Shown in pieces: positions 51,701 through 63,648 of a stretch of 64,000 nucleotides of DNA (positions are counted from its first letter, which is position 1; each line of letters starts with the position of its first letter). The translations under genes and the position numbers were made by a program. Origin of the DNA: Somniosus microcephalus. Lineage: Eukaryota. The notes under the pieces are model-generated. The model had not been told where the DNA came from and did no database searches. It saw only the letters and a program-made list of their open reading frames with translations. The stretch is from contig CM126207.1 in assembly GCA_052327205.1 (NCBI GenBank), positions 189,906,001 through 189,970,000 on the forward strand. The letters are read 5' to 3'.

Positions 51701-53452
51701 GTCTCACTGTGAGTGAATCCCACAATGAACAGGCGCACTGTGAGTAAACCCCATAGTGAACAATCACACTGTGAGTAAACCCCATGGTGAACAGTCTCAC
51801 TATGAGTAAACCCCTTGGGGAACAGTCTGACTGGGAGTAAACCCCATGGTAAACACAGTCTGACTGTGAGGAAACCCGATGATGAACAGTCTAACTGTGA
51901 GCAAACCCCATGGTGAACACAGTCTCACTGTGAGTAAACCTCATGTTGATCACAGACTCACTGTAAGTAAACCGCATGGTGAACAGTGTCACTGTGAGTA
52001 AACCCCATGCTGAACAGTCTCACTGTGAGTAAACCCCATGGTGAACAGTCTCACTGTGAGTAAACCCCATGGTGAACAGTCTCACTATGAGTCAACCCCA
52101 TGATGAACAGTCTCACTGTGAGTAAACCCCATGCTGAACACAGTCTCACTGTGAGTAAACCCCATGGTGAACAGTCTCACTGTGAGTAAACCCCATGGTG
52201 AACAGTCTCACTGTGAGTCAACCCCATGCTGAACAGAGTATCACTGTGAGTAAAGCCCATGGTGAACACAGTCTGACTGTGAGTAAACCCCAAGGTGAAC
52301 ACAGTCTCACCGTGAGTAAACCCCATGGTGGACACAGTCTCACTTTGAGTAAACCCCATGGTGAACTGTCTCACTGTGAGGAAACCCCACGGTGAACAGT
52401 CTCACTGTGAGGAAACCCCACGGTGAACAGTCACCCTGTGAGTAAACACCATGGTGAACAGTCTCACTGTGAGTAAACCCCAAGGTGAACAATCTGACTG
52501 TGACTTAACCCCATGGTGAACAGTCTGACTGTGAGTAAACCCCATGGTGAACAGTCTTGCTGTGAGTAAACCCCATGTTGAACAGTCTCACTGTGAGTAA
52601 GCCCCATGGTGTACAGTCTCATTGTGAGTAAACCCCATGGTGAACAGTCTGACAGGGAATAAATCCCATGATGAACAGTCTCACTGTGAGTAAACCCCAT
52701 GGTGAACACAGTCTCACTATGAGTAAATCCCATGGTGAACACAGTCTGACTGTGAGTAAACCCAACGGTGAACAGAGTCTGACTGGGGTAAACCCCAAGG
52801 TGAACAGTCTCCCTGTGTGTAAACACCATGGTGAACAGTCTCAATGTGAGTAAACCCCATGGTGAACAGTCTCACTGTGAATAAACCACATGGTGAACAG
52901 TCTCACTGTGAATAAACCCGATGGTGAACACAGAATCACTGTGAGTAAAGCCCATGGTGAACACAGTCTGACTGTGAGTAAGCCCCATGGTGAACACAGT
53001 CGCACTGTGAGTAAACCCCACGGTGAACTGTCTCACTGTGAGTAAACCCCATGGTGAACAGTCTGACTGTGAGTAAACCCCATGGTGAAAAGTTTCACTG
53101 TGAGTAACCCTCATGGTGAACATTCTCACGGTGAGTAAACCCCACGGTGAACACAGTCTGACTGTGAATGAACCCCATGGTGAACAGTCTGACTGTGAGT
53201 AAACCCCATGGTGAACAGTCTGACTGTGAGTAAACCCCATGGTGAACACAATCTAACTGTGAGTAAACCCCATGGTGAACACAGCCTCACTGTGAGTTAA
53301 CCCCATGGTGAACAGTCTCACTGTGAGTTAGTTCCATGGTGAACAGTCTCACTGTGAGTAAACCCCATGGTGAACAGTCTCACTGTGGGTAAACTCCATG
53401 GTGAACAGTCTCACTGTGAGTAAACCCCATGGTGAACACAGTCTCACTGTGA
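42770..53452. repeat. Satellite/large minisatellite, about 10.7 kb, 31/33-bp monomer cactgtgagtaaaccccatggtgaac(ac)agtct, roughly 330 units, inside an NDRG4 intron
   Basis: Read directly. The monomer is 31 bp, or 33 bp with an extra AC; unit count is length divided by about 32. Confidence 0.98.
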
Positions 53453-53618
53453 TCTGACACTAAGATGCAGCAACCTCATGCCAGTAGGATTGCAGTAATC
53501 ACTCTGGCTGCATTTAGATATTTCCTTTGTAAATAAAATTGAAGAGAAGATGAAACACATTCACACCCAGTCATGCATAATGAGCTTGGGTGTTAGCTCC
53601 AGCTCATCTGATACTTAC

Positions 53619-53670
53619 TGTAACCCATGCCCTGCAGAAAGTACTTGAAAGCCTCTGTCAGTTTTCCAGG
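53619..53670 (-). CDS. NDRG4: NDRG4 internal exon, 52 bp
   Basis: Minus strand ttgttccaacag|CCTGGA...TACA|gtaagt. Encodes PGKLTEAFKYFLQGMGY. Confidence 0.95.
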
Positions 53671-53739
53671 CTGTTGGAACAAAATGTAAACATGAAAAAA
53701 ATGGTACCAGCTGGAGGACATTCAACATAAAATGATAAA

Positions 53740-54070
53740 TAAATAAAATACAACGCCCGATCGCATCAAAACATCTTAAAGTGTTTCACACAATGGAGTG
53801 TAGCGAGTGCTGCTACACAAATACATGGCAGCTATTCTGCACCAGCGAGGTCGCATAATCAGCAACCAGACAAATGACCAATTAATTAGTCTGGTGTTTT
53901 TTGGTGGAGGGAGGAATGTTGGCCGGGATATTGGGAGAACTCCCTGCTCTTCTACAAATGTTGCCATTTTTAACACCTGCCTGAACCATTGGAACAGGCA
54001 GATAGATGGGACCTTGATTTAATTCTCAATTGTGTCAAATCTGCACCTCCTCAGTACTGCCCTGGAGTGT
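53740..54070 (-). mobile_element. Decayed Deu-type SINE
   Basis: gggagaactccctgctcttc...ctcagtactgccctggagtgt resembles 12495-12640. Confidence 0.7.
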
Positions 54071-54280
54071 AATCCTGAGTTATGGGCAGAAATTTCATCC
54101 GGGCTTCTCCTGCTCCACCACCATAACTTCGGCGCAAACCTCGTTTACATGTTATGCTCCTAATTCTTGGAGCTTGAACCTGCAGTCTTCTGACTTGAGG
54201 AGAAATTCAAGCTGGGAAGTAAGTTAGAAAAAAGATGTGTGTATATGAGAATCTGGGCGGAGAGAGTGTGAACTACCAAC

Positions 54281-54316
54281 CTGTGTGATCTGGGGCAGAC
54301 CACCAGAGTCAGCCAT
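54281..54316 (-). CDS. NDRG4: NDRG4 internal exon, 36 bp
   Basis: Minus strand ttatttttcag|ATGGCT...ACACAG|gttggt. Encodes MADSGGLPQITQ. Confidence 0.93.
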
Positions 54317-54529
54317 CTGAAAAATAAAACACAGTTGGGTAGTACCACAGAGCGAGAGGAAACAACAGTCTTCTGCTACATTTCTTCAGCAACTAAGTTA
54401 TAATTATCCAGTGCTGTCCACAGCTCATAGTGACATTCAGGTATGGACCTTACCTCTACGATTCAACATTCTAGGATTTCCAAAATATTCTACCTACTTC
54501 ATTTGTGTAAGTGAGTCCCTTCAATCTGC

Positions 54530-55115
54530 ATGGTTCTGTTGGGTGAGTGTCCCATTACTGTGTGACTGGATTGGATGGATGTCCCATGAATCTATGGGTC
54601 TTTTAGATTGTGTCCCATGGTAGCCTCGATCTATTCGGTCGGTGTCCCATTTCAAGGCTGAATGAGTGTCCCATGGCAGCCTGGGCTGGTTGTGTGAGTG
54701 TACAATAATAGGGAGAATGTCTAGTTGCAGTTTAGATCTGTTGGGTAATGGCAATTTATTGGGCGAGTGGCCCATAATGGCCTGGCTTTGTCAAATGTCT
54801 GTCCTGTGACATTGTGAATTTGTTGGGTAAATATCCCATGCCAGTGTGAGTATGTGACATGATTGTTTAGCTCTGCTTGATGAATGATGCCCATAGTTGT
54901 GTAGCTCTCTGGAATAAATAAGGCCCATGATTGTCTGGATCTGGTGAATGAATGAGGCACGTAATTTCCTGGCTCTGTTGGATGAATAAGACCCATGATT
55001 GCCTGATTCTGTGGAATTAATGAGGCCCTTGATTGACTAGTTCTGTTTGATGAATGAGGACCATGAACGCCTGGCTCTGTTTGATGAATGAGGACCATGA
55101 ATGCCTAGTTCTGTT
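54530..55115. repeat. Degenerate tandem repeat of about 35 bp (ctgtttgatgaatgaggaccatga...)
   Basis: gaatgagg..ccatga and gtgtcccatg motifs recur, best preserved at 55040-55115. Confidence 0.7.
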
Positions 55116-55599
55116 GTCGAAGTACTGGAACTGTTTTCTTCTTCTCAGAGGGAGGCATTTCTCCCTCACCTTAAGTCAACTGAGTGAAAAAGGAAACCTG
55201 ATAAAGAAATGTTCCCAGTATAGGGAATCAGCAAGGTGAAAGATGCCTGGTAGAAGTACTTATTCAAGAAAATATTGCATGACTGGGTGAACTGTCCACA
55301 TTGTTTAGAAGAGAAGAGGTTCCTCATCTAAATGCAAAAGGAACCAATGGACTCAACCACTATAAAGCCAAACTAATGAATATGGCAGCTGAGTTGCTGA
55401 AGCATAATGTTTAATAGTCAGCAAGAAATTAAAGCAAAGTGAACAATATCCAGTGTGTATGTGAAGCCAGAAGTCCCAGCATCTAATTCAGCCCCAAACC
55501 ATTGACCCTCTCCTGAGGTGAGTGATAACATTAAGACATTATTCAGTACAAACCCAGGCTTCTCAAATCTGCCTCAAGTGGGTCTATATTCTTCTATTT

Positions 55600-55980
55600 G
55601 ATCCAATTTTTCCCCGCCTGTTATTAAGGCATTGACTTCATGCTGGGGTACAGTTTTATGGGTACTGAACGCCCTCCAATACCTCACTCAATTAGCCATT
55701 CTTCAGCAGGCTATTCAACTGAGGAGGATTTTATAGCCAAGTCCAATTCTGTCCTCATCGTTACATGTACTTCCAGCAGGTACCAATGGATAGTGATTGG
55801 CTGACTTTACCCCCTCCCTAACCCTGGAGCACTAAAGCCAATTGTTGTACTTCTACCACCATCCCACCCAAGATCAATTAACTCAGCACAGACAGGATAT
55901 AGAATCTAGGTTTATTTCTGTTCCATTGGCTTAACGTCACATTGGGAGCTGCAACTCCCAACTATGCCACTAGGGCAGCT
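55600..55980 (-). mobile_element. tRNA-type SINE family B
   Basis: aagatcaattaactcagcacagacaggatatagaatc is the reverse complement of the 24300-24345 core. Confidence 0.6.
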
Positions 55981-56039
55981 AGATCTTGTTCTTTACATAA
56001 CACTATCTACCTTGAGAAGTAGGGTGATTATTCAGGGGC

Positions 56040-56305
56040 TCCTTGTGGCGTTAAATCCCATCATGGCAAATTGTGAAAATGAGTTCAATAAATCTGATAA
56101 TTTATTGGCTAGCACCAGAAAAAGTGGCCATAAAAGCTGCTGGTTTGTTGTAAAAAACCAACTGGTTCATTAATGTCTAACAAGGAAGGGAACCAGTCAC
56201 CCCTACCCGGCCTAGCCTACGTGCTTGACTCTTAATGCCCATAGGATATCGAGGGATAGGCAATAAATGCTGCCTTGCCAGTGTCATCCACATCCCAAAA
56301 ACAAA
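56040..56305 (+). mobile_element. Elasmobranch SINE (HE1-like 3' tail)
   Basis: aaaaaccaactggttcattaatgtc...gggataggcaataaatgctgccttgccagtgtcatccacatccc followed by an A-rich end; family name from recall. Confidence 0.55.
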
Positions 56306-56513
56306 AGACCATCAATAAATATGAAGTACAAGAAATAAAAGGGTCTCTATCTGAGGTTAGACCCATGGCACCCAATTATCTTGCACCTTTACATCTAATG
56401 CTAATCTGGGCTAATTTAAATCAACTGTGAAGAGATTGGTCACTCTCTGGTATTCTTAATTGGAAATGGCCCCTACTTGTGTGAGATTACAGCCAGTCCA
56501 GGATGTTCAATAC

Positions 56514-56561
56514 CTTAAGAAAAGTTGTCTGAGTTGGGTCCAGCTTGGAGTTGCATTCCAC
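56514..56561 (-). CDS. NDRG4: NDRG4 internal exon, 48 bp
   Basis: Minus strand cattcccag|GTGGAA...CTTAAG|gtattg. Encodes VECNSKLDPTQTTFLK. Confidence 0.94.
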
Positions 56562-56715
56562 CTGGGAATGAGAAGGCAGTATATTAGTATAAAAGCACGA
56601 TGAATGATAACATCAACTCAAGATTGTGTGGACAAACTGAGTATGAGCACTAATTCCACCTCCCAAAACGAAGGAAGAACTGCTCTGGTCAATATGTGTA
56701 GCAACATAGTACATA

Positions 56716-57623
56716 GGTGGGCGTGTGTGCTGTGAGGAGGATGCAGTGAAACACCAGTATGATTTGGACAGGTTGGGTGATTGGGCAGATGCATGCCAGA
56801 TGCAGTATAATGTGGATAAATGCGAGGTTATCCACTTTGGTGGCAAAAACAGGAAACAGATTATTATCTGAACGGCAATAGATTGGGAAAAGGGGAAGTG
56901 CAACGAGACCTGGGTGTCCTTGTGCACCAGTCGCTGAAGGTAAGCATGCAGGTGCAGCAGGCGGTTAAGAAGGCAAATGGTATGTTGGCCTTCATAGCGA
57001 GAGGATTCGAGTACAGGAGCAAGGATGTCTTGCTGCAGTTGTACAGGGCCTTGGTGAGACCACACCTTGAGTATTGTGTGCAGTTTTGGTCGCCTTATCT
57101 GAGGAAGGATGTCCTTGCCATGGAGGGAGTGCAGCGAAGATTCACCTGACTGATACCTGGGATGGCAGGAATGACGTATGAAGGGAGATTGGGTCGATTG
57201 GGCTTGTATTCACTAGAGTTTAGAAGAATGAGAGGGGATCTCATTGAAACTTATAAAATTCTAACAGGACTAGACAGACTAGATGTAGGAAGGATGTTCC
57301 GATGGCAGGGGAGTCCAGAACCAGGGGTCAGAGTCTAAGGATAAGGGGTAAGCCATTTAGGACTGAGATGAGGAGGAATTTCTTTACCCAGAGAATGGTG
57401 AACCTGTGGAATTCTTTACCACAGAAGGCAGTTGAGGCCAATTCATTAAATATATTCAAGAAGGAGTCAGATATATTTCTTAAGGCTAAAGGGATCAAGG
57501 GATATGGGGAGAAAGCAGGGACGGGATACTGAATTTGGATGACCAGCCATGATCTCATTAAATGGCAGAACAGGCTCGAGGGGCCGAATGGCCTACTCCT
57601 GCTCCTATCTTCTATGTTTCTAT
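56716..57623 (+). mobile_element. Young 5'-truncated CR1 (about 0.9 kb), antisense in an NDRG4 intron
   Basis: Nearly identical to 1206-2080 and 31100-31995; tail ttctatgtttctat. Confidence 0.95.
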
Positions 57624-57848
57624 ATATTGATGAAGTTTCACTCTGGTCAGTATTTGTAGCTCAAAAAGAATAAGTATTTGCAATTTTGCTAGAAATGCTA
57701 ACCAGAGGAAATCTTCATAGTACATGTACGTGCCACTACTCACATCAACCAGACACTTCTTCCCTCACTGTCAGTTGCCTTCCATTTATTCTCTGCTTAT
57801 TGTGGGTCAACTTGCAGCCACATGCAAAATAATAAATTAAAAATATTA

Positions 57849-58606
57849 GGCCCAGAAATTCAGGTCGGGGGCTTCCCGCAGGTGCAAGCCCCCGACCTGC
57901 ACTTACCTTGCGCGCCGGCCGTTGAGCTGTGGGCCCGTGTGGGATTCCGATCCTGGGCCTCCCCCAACTGCCGGCGCGCAGTGCTTGTGTATCCCAGGGG
58001 CGCAGTTAGTTCGATGCGTCCCCTGGGATCACATGGGCCATGAGGAGCCAATCGGAGCAGGGAATGCTCCATTCATAAGTTTGACAGGGAGAGCTGTCAA
58101 AACTTATAAATACTACGGGCCCCAAAACATCACTAAATCTTCAAATAAATTTTTAAAAAACATCACATTTTTAAAATAAACTATAAATTACATGAAATAA
58201 CTATTTTAAACAATAATTTAAATTTTTGAAAAAAATAATTTTATTTTCTTACGGGGCTAAAAATAAACTTACCTTGCTTTAAAGTATTTAAAAATAATAA
58301 ACCTGTGGAAAAAATGTTTTAATTTTAATTAATTCACCACTTACCTTGTAAAAAGCAGGCCTTATGCCTGCTTTTTAAATGTGTAACCTCTGGAGACTTA
58401 CCCTCCCAGGAAAACCTGTAAAAAAACCGGAAGTTCGATGCGCACGCGCAGCCTCTCCTGCGCACACGTTCGACCTCTTAACTCCTGCTTTCAGGGGAAG
58501 GAAGTGCTGGTTTTCCGCGCATGCGCAGTGCATGCAGGAAACCGGCACTTCCATTGGGCCTACGGGTGAGTACCCCGTGCGTACTCACCCGTGGAGACCC
58601 GAAGTT
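57849..58606. mobile_element. MITE family A, more diverged copy
   Basis: ggcccagaaattcaggtc start, gtatcccagggg...cccctgggatcacatgggcc core, and aaaaagcaggc-cttat-gcctgcttttt stem. Confidence 0.75.
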
Positions 58607-59296
58607 AAGTAGCACGCACGTCCTGCAAGTGTCACACTTACATCCTACGACACTTCCCCATCACATTTTGTTGATAACACGCCTATTACCAAACAACAAC
58701 CCCTCCATCTCATACTGTGTAACGCCATGGGAGATCTATATATATATTTATCTATGTATATTCCACAACCAGAATAATACTTAACTGATTTCTCTGGATG
58801 CCATGTTCCAAACTTTTGTCCAATTGGACTGATGATAATTAAAATATTACTTAGGAGCTTCAACATAAGTCTGCAATACTAGCAGACAAACTCTTAGCAC
58901 TATTTTATTGGAGGACTTAACCCTTTTAAAAATAAACAGATTAAGGCTTGTAGTAACCTCGCTGAACAATGTCATACATAACCCAACCAAGTGTGAAGAG
59001 TTAAGGGAAAGGGACATCAGTAGCAGTGCTCAGATTTGTAGTGGAGGACACGGAGAGAGGGGGGATAACCCATGGCAGAAAAATGTGGGAGTAGCCATCC
59101 CCCTAGTGGTTGCACCAATGCATAGATTCCCCCATAATTAACTTGTGAATGCAGTGTTCCTGAGTTTCTAGCATTTCACAATTAACCAGCACAATTAGCG
59201 ATAGCTTCTCTTTCTTAAAGAAAACTAATATGGAGAAAATACCCTGCAGTTGACCCCAGCCAATGAGTGTGATGCAGAGTTGCTGTCTATACTCAC

Positions 59297-59348
59297 CACT
59301 CCTTCCTCTGCTGGGGAATTGTCTCCCACCACCAGCATCACCGGACAT
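59297..59348 (-). CDS. NDRG4: NDRG4 internal exon, 52 bp
   Basis: Minus strand gtatttcag|ATGTCCG...GGAGTG|gtgagt. Encodes CPVMLVVGDNSPAEEGV. Confidence 0.93.
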
Positions 59349-60064
59349 CTGAAATACAACAGACGATCAGCTCGCATTCTCCAGCCTGCAGGCTGCTCAC
59401 AGACAGCCTGGCATCAGTCAATGCACCGTGTCTGTGAAGCCATTTCTCATATTACAACGGTAAGTAGAGCACTTGAAAGGGCTCAGAGTGATGAAGTGAG
59501 GGCTCCCACCCACACTTAGCCCAAGTGCCAAGTTGTGAATTGCAACCATATTGAAATGGGGAGCTGGTCCAGACAGACGGAGCAAAGAGAGGAAAGGACA
59601 AATCAGAGGGTTTCACCGCAGGTAACCTTGGTGTCCCTCCACTCCGACAGAGGAGGATGTGGCAGTTGGGATGCTGCTGGTCAGGAGGCAGCAATGGGTG
59701 CCCCGACAGGCCCATTGCAGATTGCCGGGAGAGGCACAGAGGGTAGTTGTGGGCTTATCCAAGAGGGATTCAAGCCTCGGACGGCAGCAGGAGAACAGAA
59801 AGGCAGAGAAGTAGTGATGGGTTGTGGTGGAGCAAATTATCCAAGAGAGGAGGATTAACAGATGACGTGACTGGGAGACTAAAAGGGATAAAAAAAGGGA
59901 AATTGAAGTAATGGGCTCAGATCTGGAGAGGCAGCAAAAATGTGCACACGAATGGACACAAGGATTTCAGATAACATAGGCATAGCAGAAATTAGGAGAG
60001 ACATATCCTGGTTATAAACAGGAGAGGAAGGAGAAAATATTAAAGTGCCCAAAATTAAAACCAT

Positions 60065-63000
60065 CCCTCACACTGGGGTCGGTGACGGGGATATTCCCCT
60101 TCACTCTGGGGTCAGTGATGGGGATATTCCCCCTCACACTGGGGTCAGTGATGGGGATATTCCCCCACACACTGGGGTCAGTGATGGGGTTATTCCCCCT
60201 CACACTGGGGTCAGTGACAGGGATATTCCCCCTCACACTGGGGTCAGTGATGGGGATATTCCCCCTCACACTGGGGGCAGTGATGGGGATATTCCCCCTC
60301 ACACTGGGGGCGGTGACGGGGTTATTCCCCCACACACTGGGGTCGGTGACGGGGATATTCCCCCTCACACTGGGGGCAGTGATGGGGATATTCCCCCTCA
60401 CACTGGGGTCAGTGATGGGGATATTCCCCCTCACACTGGGGGCAGTGACGGGGATATTCCCCCTCACACAGGGCTCAGTGATGGGGATATTCCCCCTCAC
60501 ACTGGGGGCTGTGACGGGGATATTCCCCCTCACACTGGGCTCAGTGACGGGGATATTCCCCCTCACACTGGGCTCAGTGACGGGGATATTCCCCCTCACA
60601 CTGGGCTCAGTGACGGGGATATTCCCCCTCACACTGGGGGCAGTGATGGGGATATTCCCCCACTCACTGGGGGCAGTGATGGGGATATTCCCCCTCACAC
60701 TGGGGTCGGTGACGGGGATATTCCCCCTCACACTGGGCTCAGTGACGGGGATATTCCCCCTCACACTGGGGGCTCTGACGGGGATATTCCCCCTCACACT
60801 GGGCTCAGTGACGGGGATATTCGCCCTCACACTGGGCTCAGTGACGGGGATATTCCCCCTCACACTGGGGGCAGTGATGGGGATATTCCCCCACTCACTG
60901 GGGGCAGTGATGGGGATATTCCCCCTCACACTGGGGTCGGTGACGGGGATATTCCCCCTCACACTGGGCTCAGTGACGGGGTTTTTTCCCCCTCACACTG
61001 GGCTCAGTGACGGGGATATTCCCCCTCACACTGGGGGCAGTGAGGGGGTATTCCCCCTCACACTGGGGTCGGTGACGGGGATATTCCCCCTCACACTGGG
61101 GTCGGTGACGGGGATATTCCCCCTCACACTGGGGTCGGTGACGGGGATATTCCCCCTCACACTGGGCTCAGTGACAGGGATATTCCCCCTCACACTGGGC
61201 TCGGTGACGGGGGTATTCCCCCTCACACTGGAATCGGTGACGGGGATATTCCCCCTCACACTGGGCTCAGTGACGGGGATATTCCCCCTCACACTGGGGG
61301 CAGTGACGGGGATATTCCCCCTCACACTGGGGTCGGTGACGGGGATATTCCCCCTCACACTGGGGTCAGTGACGGGGATATTCCCCCTCACACTGGGGTC
61401 AATGACGGGGATATTCCCCTTCACACTGGGGGCAGTGACGGGGATATTACCCCTCACACTGGGGTCGGTGACGGGGATATTCCCCCTCACACTGGGGTCG
61501 GTGACGGGGATATTCCCTCTCACACTGGGGTCGGTGACGGGGATATTCCCCCTCACACTGGGCTCAGTGACGGGGACAGTCCCCCTCACACTGGGGTCGG
61601 TGACAGGGATATTCCCCCTCACACTGGGCTCAGTGACGGTGATATTCCCCCTCACACTGGGGGCAGTGACGGGGATGTTACCCCTCACACTGGGGTCGGT
61701 GACGGGGATATTCCCCCTCACACTGGGGTCAGTGACGGGGATATTCCCCCTCACACTGGGGGCAGTGACGGGGATATTCCCCCTCACACTGGGCTCAGTG
61801 ACGGGGATATTCCCCCTCACACTGGGGTCGGTGACGGGGATATTCCCCCTCACACTGGGCTCAGTGACGGGGATATTCCCCCTCACACTGGGCTCAGTGA
61901 CGGGGATATTCCCCCTCACACAGGGCTCAGTGACGGGGATATTCCCCCTCACACTGGGCTCAGTGACGGGGATATTCCCCCTCACACAGGGCTCAGTGAC
62001 GGGGATATTCCCCCTCACACTGGGCTCAGTGACGGGGATATTCCCCCTCACACTGGGGTCGGTGACGGGGATATTCCCCCTCACACTGGGGTCAGTGACG
62101 GGGATATTCCCCCTCACACTGGGGTCGGTGACGGGGATATTCCCCCTCACACTGGGGTCGGTGACGGGGATATTCCCCCTCACACTGGGGGCAGTGACGG
62201 GGATATTCCCTCTCACACTGGGGTCGGTGACGGGGATATTCCCCCTCACACAGGGCTCAGTGACGGGGATATTCCCCCTCACACTGGGGGCAGTGACGGG
62301 GATATTCCTCCTCACACTGGGGGCAGTGACGGGGATATTCCCCCTCACACTGGGGGCAGTGACGGGGATATTCCCCCTCACACTGGGGTCGGTGACGGGG
62401 ATATTCCCCCTCACACTGGGCTCGGTGACGGGGATATTGCCCCTCACACTGGTGTCGGTGACGGGGATATTCCCCCTCACACTGGGGTCGGTGACGGGGA
62501 TATTCCCCCTCACACTGGGGGCAGTGACGGGGATATTCCTCCTCACACTGGGGGCAGTGACGGGGATATTCCCCCTCACACTGGGGGCAGTGACGGGGAT
62601 ATTCCCCCTCACACTGGGGTCGGTGACGGGGATATTCCCCCTCACACTGGGCTCGGTGACGGGGATATTGCCCCTCACACTGGGGTCGGTGACGGGGATA
62701 TTCCCCCTCACACTGGGGTCGGTGACGGGGATATTCCCCCTCACACTGGGGGCAGTGATGGGGATATTTCCCCCTTACATTGGGGGCAGTGATGGGGATA
62801 TTCCCCCTTACACTGGGGGCAGTGATGGGGATATTCCCCCTTACACTGGGGGCAGTGATGGGGATATTCCCCCTTACACTGGGGGCAGTGATGGGGATAT
62901 TCCCCCTTACACTGGGGGCAGTGATGGGGATATTCCCCCTTACACTGGGGGCAGTGATGGGGATATTCCCCCTTACACTGGGGGCAGTGATGGGGATATT

Positions 63001-63431
63001 CCCCCTTACACTGGGGGCAGTGATGGGGATATTCCCCCTTACACTGGGGGCAGTGATGGGGATATTCCCCCTTACACTGGGGGCAGTGATGGGGATATTC
63101 CCCCTCACACTGGGGGCAGTGATGGGGATATTCCCCCTCACACTGGGCTCAGTGACAGGGATATTCCCCCTCACACTGGGCTCAGTGACGGGGATATCCC
63201 CCCTCACACTGGGGTCGGTGACGGGGATATTCCCCCTCGCACTGGGCTCAGTGACAGGGATATTCCCCCACACACTGGGTTCAGTGACGTGGATATTCCC
63301 CCTCACACTGGGGTCGGTGACGGGGATATTCCCCCTCACATTGGGGGCAGTGATGGGGATATTCCCCCTCACACTGGGGGCAGTGACGGGGATATTTCCC
63401 CCTCACACTGGGGGCAGTGACGGGGATATTC
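60065..63431. repeat. GC-rich 33-bp minisatellite (ccctcacactgggg(t/g)c(a/g)gtga(c/t)ggggatattcc), about 100 units, in an NDRG4 intron
   Basis: Read directly. The 33-bp period explains the 11-aa-repeat ORFs on both strands. Confidence 0.98.
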
Positions 63432-63591
63432 ACACCAGGACAGAAATAGAGCAGGATGTAAGAATAAGGAATGATTCAGTGTTTTGGAATTTTGTGACAA
63501 TAAATGGAATACAAGAGGGTGTGAGTGTGGACAGACTGCGATTTTGGAGAGGATGATAATCCGAGGGGAGGGGGAAGGGCTGAATACTTAC

Positions 63592-63648
63592 TGAAGTGTC
63601 TTGGCATTGGCCACAGTTCCACGTCTGTTCATTTCCAGGTCCCTGCGA
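63592..63648 (-). CDS. NDRG4: NDRG4 internal exon, 57 bp
   Basis: Minus strand cttctccacag|TCGCAGG...CTTCA|gtaagt. Encodes (S)RRDLEMNRRGTVANAKTL(Q). Confidence 0.9.

Noticed and set aside
42770-53452. CRISPR-like array or coding repeats (many MGFTHSETV ORFs)
   Set aside because: Monomers are directly adjacent with no unique spacers, the context is vertebrate with no cas genes, and the 31/33-bp mix shifts frame constantly.
42770-53452. Hundreds of perfect RAG heptamers (CACAGTG on minus) suggesting a V(D)J-like locus
   Set aside because: There is no ACAAAAACC-like nonamer at 12 or 23 bp spacing (atggggttt follows the 12-bp spacer) and no V, D or J segments.
60012-63556. 1112-aa and other long ORFs with 11-aa repeats, suggesting a repetitive or antifreeze-like protein
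   Set aside because: The 33-bp unit leaves several frames open on both strands at once. Single-base indels switch the peptide between frames, there is no unique domain, and the array sits in an NDRG4 intron.
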